Origin: Candidatus Omnitrophota bacterium
Lineage (GTDB): Bacteria; Omnitrophota; Gorgyraeia; Zapsychrales; Zapsychraceae
Length of the DNA stretch: 64,000 bases
Direction: 5' to 3'
Assembly: GCA_029261055.1 (NCBI GenBank)
Contig: JAJDCA010000080.1
Span: forward strand, 8,952-72,951
Positions 58,592 to 64,000 of this stretch are shown one piece after another. A program made the translations under genes and the position numbers. How positions within the stretch are numbered: position 1 is the first letter of the stretch; each line of letters begins with the position of its first letter. A model generated the notes under the pieces. It did not search any database. It saw only the letters and a list, made by a program, of their open reading frames with translations, and was not told the origin of the DNA.

Positions 58592-58831
58592 TTATTTTTT
58601 CCCTTTATTTTTTAGACGATAAAACGCTGTGCCATTTGTCAAATCAGCTTCCAACAATCCTTCTCTAATAAGGCATCCAATGCTCATTAGAATAATATCT
58701 TTCTCTTCACCTAAATAAACCTCGATTTCCTTAACAGTCAAAGGGCCTTTAATTTCTTCCAGGAGAGTTATGATTTCACCTGATGTAACGCCGATTTTTT
58801 TGATCATTTTTAATACCTTTTTTATAATCAT
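58592..58831 (-). CDS. Small winged-helix-like protein (paralog family copy 3), first gene of RND operon 2
   Basis: GVTSGEIITLLEEIKGPLTVKEIEVYLG...LMSIGCLIREG. Confidence 0.5.
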   Translation of the reverse strand: MIIKKVLKMIKKIGVTSGEIITLLEEIKGPLTVKEIEVYLGEEKDIILMSIGCLIREGLLEADLTNGTAFYRLKNKGKK

Positions 58832-58845
58832 TTAACTTTATCTTC

Positions 58846-59271
58846 TTACTCTTCTATACCAACACCATATTCATAGACCATAGTTCCTCCGTTATGGCCA
58901 GCTAAAGAAACGGCACTGACAACCCCTATAAGAAATATCAAGAACACTGCTCTGAAAAGTTTCGAGAACTCCTGCTTGACAAACCATAGTACAGGCAGTG
59001 ACATTAATGAGCCCCACATTGCCCAAAGCGCAAATTTTTTATGGGTATCCAATACCGGGTGGTTCAAATTCAATCGTTCAGCTTCCCAGATACCTGTTCT
59101 AACGACTAACGGTGTTATTAAAGCCGCTAAAACGTACATATTTAAAGCAGTTTTATGTAATCCTTCTTTTTTAAAAAGAAAGCTTACTACATCAAATCCC
59201 AATGCCCCTACAAATAGAGCAATAGGAAAATGAACTAATTTTGGATGTAAGGGTGTTAATAGCTCAAACAT
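58846..59271 (-). CDS. Membrane protein, DUF2231-like
   Basis: Four TM helices. The N-terminal HPKLVHFPIALFV motif is characteristic of DUF2231. Confidence 0.5.
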   Translation of the reverse strand: MFELLTPLHPKLVHFPIALFVGALGFDVVSFLFKKEGLHKTALNMYVLAALITPLVVRTGIWEAERLNLNHPVLDTHKKFALWAMWGSLMSLPVLWFVKQEFSKLFRAVFLIFLIGVVSAVSLAGHNGGTMVYEYGVGIEE

Positions 59272-59629
59272 TGCCTTCTCCTTTTAATTTTAAATTGTCT
59301 TTTAAATAAACGGAAGCACATGTAGGGCAGCAAAATTTATGCATTTCTCCTTTGATCATAGCCGTAGCGATGTCTTCTCCTGTACGCATCTCTTTACCGC
59401 ATAGTTCACACACTCCGGCCATTTCACCGTATATTTCTTCCGAAACATATCGATGGGGGTCATTTTCAAAATCGTTAAAACACTCAGAAGAGCAAAAAAT
59501 ATACTCCTTGTGGCCATAGATATGAAATAAGTGTTTAGTTAATGCTTTTTCTAAAGAAACATCCATCCCGCAGACCGGATCTGAACGTGTTATTTCAATA
59601 TCAAAATTTTTAATAGTATCGATAGACAT
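59264..59629 (-). CDS. Tandem TRASH/zinc-ribbon cytoplasmic metal-binding protein
   Basis: DPVCGMDVS...YIFCSSECFNDF followed by GVCELCGKEM...KFCCPTCASVYL. Confidence 0.6.
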   Translation of the reverse strand: MSIDTIKNFDIEITRSDPVCGMDVSLEKALTKHLFHIYGHKEYIFCSSECFNDFENDPHRYVSEEIYGEMAGVCELCGKEMRTGEDIATAMIKGEMHKFCCPTCASVYLKDNLKLKGEGNV

Positions 59630-59659
59630 AATTCACCTCCTCAGTTTAAAACCAATTAA

Positions 59660-59812
59660 TTAATGTTGGTGTTCTCCACTTTCCATATGTGTTTCGTGAT
59701 GCTCTGTTTCTCCACCGTGTTTAGAATGATCATGTCCTGCGGTTGAGAGAAAATAACCGATAATGAACAACACAATGGCCATTCCAATTGCTATTAAGAT
59801 TGATTTTTTCAT
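59660..59812 (-). CDS. Putative 50-aa secreted/membrane His-rich peptide, not in the ORF track; coordinates approximate (about +/-3 nt)
   Basis: My translation is MKKSILIAIGMAIVLFIIGYFLSTAGHDHSKHGGETEHHETHMESGEHQH. A GGGAG SD lies about 8 nt upstream. Confidence 0.35.
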   Translation of the reverse strand: MKKSILIAIGMAIVLFIIGYFLSTAGHDHSKHGGETEHHETHMESGEHQH

Positions 59813-59829
59813 TTTATACTCCCGTCTTT

Positions 59830-60333
59830 TTATTCAGCACATCCTGCCCCTTCACATTCATGTGCATGTTCTCCATGACTCTCCCCTTCATCGTTTTCGT
59901 GTTGAGAATGATCATGACCAGTTGACCCTTTTTCATGAGTTGATCCATGCTCTTTAAGCATTAATTCCTCAGCTATCTTGGAGAATTTCTCAGGATTTTT
60001 TTTAAAATCTTTGGCGCACATCTTGCAGCAAAGATTGTAAATTTTACCTTCATACTCATATTCAACTTCATCCCCTTCTGGAATAAACTGATTACTAACA
60101 GGGCATATTCTATTGCCAACTTTCATAGCATCAGAATGAACTTCTTCACCTTCTTCATGTCCTTCATGTCCTTCATGAATCGAACCTTTAGATCCTTTAT
60201 GCTCCATCATAGAGCCTTTATCTTTCGAACCTGTTTCGTTGTGCTCTCCATGATCGTGCCCTCCTCCTGCGAATACCTGACTCGCAGAAAACATCAGCAC
60301 AACTGCACTTAAAATAATTAACTTTGATTTCAT
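59830..60333 (-). CDS. Secreted His-rich protein with a C-terminal YHS-type metal-binding domain
   Basis: The true start is likely MKSKLIILSAVV, with an AGGAG SD upstream. GGGHDHGEH...HEGHEGHEEGEE. YHS-like NRICPVS...YNLCCKMCAKDFKKNP. C-terminal HGEHAHECEGAGCAE. Confidence 0.6.
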   Translation of the reverse strand: MKSKLIILSAVVLMFSASQVFAGGGHDHGEHNETGSKDKGSMMEHKGSKGSIHEGHEGHEEGEEVHSDAMKVGNRICPVSNQFIPEGDEVEYEYEGKIYNLCCKMCAKDFKKNPEKFSKIAEELMLKEHGSTHEKGSTGHDHSQHENDEGESHGEHAHECEGAGCAE

Positions 60334-60358
60334 TTTGTTTTCTCCTGTTTTAATGAAC

Positions 60359-60700
60359 TTAATTTGTTTTAATTTTACTGATATAATCATCAGGATTTTC
60401 CTTAAACGACTTTATGCATCCTGCACAACATAATTTATAAGTCTTGCCGTTATAGGTATGCGAAACACCCTCTCCCATCGAGCCGATTGGTTTACCGCTT
60501 ACCGGACAAAGGGTATTGTTGACTTCTTCAGCATCACCCACAACCTCATTCGCAACGGAACCACAGCTCTCAGAACTGCATTGACAAGACATAGTATTCG
60601 TATCTTTCTTTGCCTTACCGCAGTTACAAGCCATGGCTGCTGATACCCAGAAACCAGATATTATTACTGCCACCAACAAAATAAATATATTTTTTTTCAT
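60359..60700 (-). CDS. Secreted Cys-rich protein with a YHS-type domain
   Basis: Signal peptide. MACNCGKAKKD..SCQCSSESCGS. YHS-like NTLCPVSGKPI...YKLCCAGCIKSFKENP. Confidence 0.6.
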   Translation of the reverse strand: MKKNIFILLVAVIISGFWVSAAMACNCGKAKKDTNTMSCQCSSESCGSVANEVVGDAEEVNNTLCPVSGKPIGSMGEGVSHTYNGKTYKLCCAGCIKSFKENPDDYISKIKTN

Positions 60701-60718
60701 TGGCTTTTCCTCCTTTAC

Positions 60719-63700
60719 TTAAAGTTTTGTTTGATCTGTTTGTAAATTTTTATTCTTCAGAAGTTCCTTCTCTTTCAACCACGAATAACCCACTGGCACA
60801 ACAAAAAGTGTAATGAGTGCTATCATCATACCTCCCACTGATGGAAGAGCCATCGGGATCATCACATCAGATCCTCTACCCATAGATGTCAATATTGGTA
60901 ACAAAGCTAGAATCGTTGTTGCAGTTGTCATCAAACAAGGTCTAACACGACGTATACCAGCTTCGAGAGTGGCCGCTCTAATTCCCTTGATTGTAGTAGG
61001 TTTATGTTCATGAAAGCTTTGATCAAGATAGGTTGCCACCACTACACCATCATCACTGGCAATCCCAAAAAGAGCTAAAAACCCAATCCAGACAGCCACA
61101 CTTAAGTTGTAAGATTGCATATTAAATAAATCACGGAAATAATCGCCAAAGAATGGTAGTTTTAAAAACCAGCCCTGTGAATAAAGCCAAATCAATATAA
61201 ATCCGCCACAAAATGCTACTAAAATACCGCTAAAAACAAGAAGCGTTGTTGAGACTCTTTTAAATTGAAAGTACAAAATTAAAAAAATCACGAATAAACT
61301 TAACGGTAGAACAACAGATAAGGTTTTCTCACTCCTAACCTGATTCTCATAACTTCCGGCAAATTTGTAACTTGTTCCCGGAGGAAGTTCAAACTCACCT
61401 GTGTCAATCTTATCTTTCAAATATTTCTGGGCTGCATTAACTACATCGACTTCAGCCATACCAGAAACCTTATCGAATAAAACATACCCGACTAAAAATG
61501 TGTCTTCACTTTTAATTACTTGAGGCCCACGTGTAAATTTCAAGGTTGCAACTTGAGACAATGGTATTTGGGCCCCATCCTTAGTTGACACCAAAACTTC
61601 TTGCAATTCTTCGAGAGAATCGCGCAATTCTCTTAAGTAACGAATACGGACAGGATACCTTTCCCGTCCTTCGACTGTTGTTGTCAGCTTCATACCACCA
61701 ATAGCCATTTCAATGACATTCTGCACATCTCGGATATTAACTCCATACCTGGCAATCTTTTCCCTATCAATAAAGAACTCCAGATAAGGTTTCCCGACAA
61801 TACGATCAGCAATAACAGCACTAGGTTCAACTCCCGGTACTTCTTTTAAATACTTCTCAATCTGATAACCAACTTTCTCAAGCTCCTCTAAATTTTGTCC
61901 CAAGACCTTAACACCCATAGGGGCACGCATACCCGACTGTAACATGACGATTCTTGCAGCAATCGGTTGCAGCTTAGGAGCTGATGTCGTTCCGGGAATT
62001 TCAGCGGCTTTAACAATTTCAGTCCAAATATCATCAGGTGTCTTAATATGATCTCTCCACTGTCTTTTTCTTTTCCCAGTTTCAGGATCTTTTTCAGCAA
62101 ATTCAGGAAGATAATTAATGACGGTCTCAATCATGGAAATAGGCGCCGGGTCTAAAGGAGAGTCTGCTCTACCTAATTTTCCTACGACTGAAGATACTTC
62201 CGGTATTTGACTGATCATGATATTCTGTTTTGTTAAAACATCCAATACTTCGCCTATAGATGCATGTGGCATGGTCGTAGGCATATATAAAAAAGAGCCT
62301 TCATCCAAAGGCGGCATGAATTCTTTACCGATTCCTGGAAAAGCCCGATTAAGGGCACTGATTGGCCATATTTTATAGACAGCATCTTGTTTTAACCCAA
62401 CTCTAGCAAGATTATTTGTAACAGGTGAAATGATTTTAGCGAAACCTAACCAGCTAGCCATTCCAAATACAACAATAGTGATTGGAATACTCAAAAACAG
62501 GCGTTTATTATTAAGAAAAAACATTAAAATTTTAGGGTAATAATCTATAAATTTAAAGAAACAATAAATAAGGCCAAAAATGAGGATGGCGACAAATATA
62601 ATGTTTAATATAAAACCTTTACCAAGCCCTAAAGGCATCCATTCCTTAGTTAAATAGATCATGACAATCCCAATAGCAATCCAATTAACATATTTTGCAA
62701 TAAAACCTTTAACCCGAACCGGAATTTTATTTTCAAAAAGTACATATGACCCATAAGCCAATATTCCTAAAGCCAACACAAAATTAATTTTCCACGCAAA
62801 GTAAATTCCCAAGGCTATAAGAATCAGCTTTATTTTTATTTTGACTCCCTCAAACAATTTCTTTTTTCTTTTAACAAAAAACAAATGGGATAAGGCCGGA
62901 ACAATAAAAAGAGCAATAAGAACCGAAGCCAGTAAAGCAAATGTTTTTGTAAACGCTAAAGGTTTAAACAGCTTCCCTTCCGCCCCGGTCATTGTAAATA
63001 CTGCCAAAAATGACACAATCGTTGTCGCTATTGCTGTTAATATCGCCCCTCCTACTTCCGAAGAGGCATTATAAATTGTTCGTATCGAACTTTCTTCATC
63101 CGGTGTTTCTTTTAAATGTTTCAGAATGTTCTCGCACATAATGATCCCCATATCCACAATTGTTCCAATCGCAATGGCGATTCCAGCCAAAGACATAATA
63201 TTGGCATCAACTTTAAAAATTCTCATCATGGTAAACGACAACAAAACGGCAAGTGGTAACATAAGTGAAACAACTATAGAACTTCGAAGATGCATTAAAA
63301 ATAATAGAATTACGATAATTGTAATTAAGATTTCTTGAGTTAGCGTGTCTCTCAAGGTTCCAAGTGTCTCATTGATCAATTGCGTACGATCATAAAAAGG
63401 AACGATTTTAACTTTTGAAACTGTTCCATCTGCTAAAGTCTTTGTCGGAAGCCCCGGTTCAATCTGTTTTATTTTTTCCTTGAGCTTTTTAATAATTGCC
63501 ATAGGATTCTCACCATAACGGACAACGGCGACCCCTCCAACAACCTCTGCCCCTTCCTTATTAAGCGCACCACGCCGAAGAGCCGGTCCTAAATTAACCT
63601 TTGCGACATTCTTAAGATATATAGGAACATTCTCGGTAACTTTAACAACAACATTCTCAACATCTGTTAAGGTCTTAATAAAACCAATGCCACGAACAAC

Positions 63701-64000
63701 ATATTCAACTCTGTTGAACTCAACTGTCTTAGCCCCTACATCAATATTTGCATTTCTGACAGCGCCCATAATGTCATTCAATGTAACGCTATAAGCACGC
63801 ATAGCATCGGGATCAACGTCAATTTGATATTCTTTAACATACCCGCCGACAGAAGCAACCTCGCTGACACCTTCAGTCGATTGGAGTGCATATTTAACAT
63901 ACCAATCTTGAATCGATCTTAATTCCTCTAGCCCAAAACCCTCCCCTTCTAACGTGTACCAGAATATTTGTCCCAACGCCGTGGCATCAGGACCTAACGC
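60719..64000 (-). CDS. Heavy-metal efflux RND permease, system 3, with a cytoplasmic-loop insertion of about 150 aa carrying extra TM helices; 5' end lies beyond the window
   Basis: Colinear with systems 1 and 2 from about residue 130 onward (LRSIQDW...). The frame is open to the window end. Extra hydrophobic segments sit between FFVKRKKK and EFMPPLDEGSFLYMPTT. Confidence 0.9.
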   Translation of the reverse strand, partial: ALGPDATALGQIFWYTLEGEGFGLEELRSIQDWYVKYALQSTEGVSEVASVGGYVKEYQIDVDPDAMRAYSVTLNDIMGAVRNANIDVGAKTVEFNRVEYVVRGIGFIKTLTDVENVVVKVTENVPIYLKNVAKVNLGPALRRGALNKEGAEVVGGVAVVRYGENPMAIIKKLKEKIKQIEPGLPTKTLADGTVSKVKIVPFYDRTQLINETLGTLRDTLTQEILITIIVILLFLMHLRSSIVVSLMLPLAVLLSFTMMRIFKVDANIMSLAGIAIAIGTIVDMGIIMCENILKHLKETPDEESSIRTIYNASSEVGGAILTAIATTIVSFLAVFTMTGAEGKLFKPLAFTKTFALLASVLIALFIVPALSHLFFVKRKKKLFEGVKIKIKLILIALGIYFAWKINFVLALGILAYGSYVLFENKIPVRVKGFIAKYVNWIAIGIVMIYLTKEWMPLGLGKGFILNIIFVAILIFGLIYCFFKFIDYYPKILMFFLNNKRLFLSIPITIVVFGMASWLGFAKIISPVTNNLARVGLKQDAVYKIWPISALNRAFPGIGKEFMPPLDEGSFLYMPTTMPHASIGEVLDVLTKQNIMISQIPEVSSVVGKLGRADSPLDPAPISMIETVINYLPEFAEKDPETGKRKRQWRDHIKTPDDIWTEIVKAAEIPGTTSAPKLQPIAARIVMLQSGMRAPMGVKVLGQNLEELEKVGYQIEKYLKEVPGVEPSAVIADRIVGKPYLEFFIDREKIARYGVNIRDVQNVIEMAIGGMKLTTTVEGRERYPVRIRYLRELRDSLEELQEVLVSTKDGAQIPLSQVATLKFTRGPQVIKSEDTFLVGYVLFDKVSGMAEVDVVNAAQKYLKDKIDTGEFELPPGTSYKFAGSYENQVRSEKTLSVVLPLSLFVIFLILYFQFKRVSTTLLVFSGILVAFCGGFILIWLYSQGWFLKLPFFGDYFRDLFNMQSYNLSVAVWIGFLALFGIASDDGVVVATYLDQSFHEHKPTTIKGIRAATLEAGIRRVRPCLMTTATTILALLPILTSMGRGSDVMIPMALPSVGGMMIALITLFVVPVGYSWLKEKELLKNKNLQTDQTKL

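Noticed and set aside
1-64000. Searched for CRISPR repeats, tRNA/rRNA genes, transposases/integrases and toxin-antitoxin pairs
   Set aside because: No direct-repeat arrays, tRNA-like cloverleaf candidates, DDE transposase or tyrosine recombinase motifs, or small paired ORFs with TA signatures were recognised. By-eye detection of tRNAs and short repeats is unreliable, so a missed tRNA cannot be excluded.

Overview
This is an AT-rich (about one-third GC by eye) bacterial chromosomal segment of roughly 80 genes. Every credible gene lies on the minus strand. I recognised no rRNA, tRNA, CRISPR array, transposase or integrase.

Most of the window is metal-homeostasis and envelope machinery:
- three heavy-metal RND efflux systems (CzcCBA/CusCBA-like), one with a His/Asp/Glu-rich periplasmic protein and a His-rich CusB extension, one with an unusual multi-TM insertion;
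- a CopA-like P1B-ATPase, a CsoR/RcnR repressor, ArsR, MerR, and two P-II 'new group' signal proteins;
- many YHS/TRASH metal-binding domains, fused to a PilT retraction ATPase, to an Enzyme-I-like PEP phosphotransferase and to the P-type ATPase;
- several recurrent families of tiny secreted or membrane proteins.

The central block is a respiratory module. It encodes a Cyc2-like monoheme-cytochrome/porin fusion, a pentaheme cytochrome c, cytochrome b, a Rieske protein and a GltD-like NAD(P)H-oxidoreductase Fe-S flavoprotein, reminiscent of anammox-type Rieske/cyt-b complexes. These sit next to hemA and a Crp/Fnr regulator. Housekeeping genes include lgt, lspA and an ECF sigma/anti-sigma pair.

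Two adjacent genes near the start of the window (a dsbA-like paralog and pilT) look frameshifted.

The most novel-looking content is listed below.
- (a) The putative electron-uptake module, with two carboxypeptidase-regulatory-like periplasmic proteins.
- (b) TRASH-domain fusions to a motor ATPase and to a PTS Enzyme-I homolog inside a copper operon.
- (c) A Cys-rich island around ArsR (corrinoid-like protein, GDCC mini-proteins, MerT-like proteins).
- (d) Three undescribed small-protein paralog families that head operons: the 'HRPPI' tail family, the 'FCCSTIKA' family with a conserved palindromic promoter-operator, and an approximately 78-aa winged-helix family.
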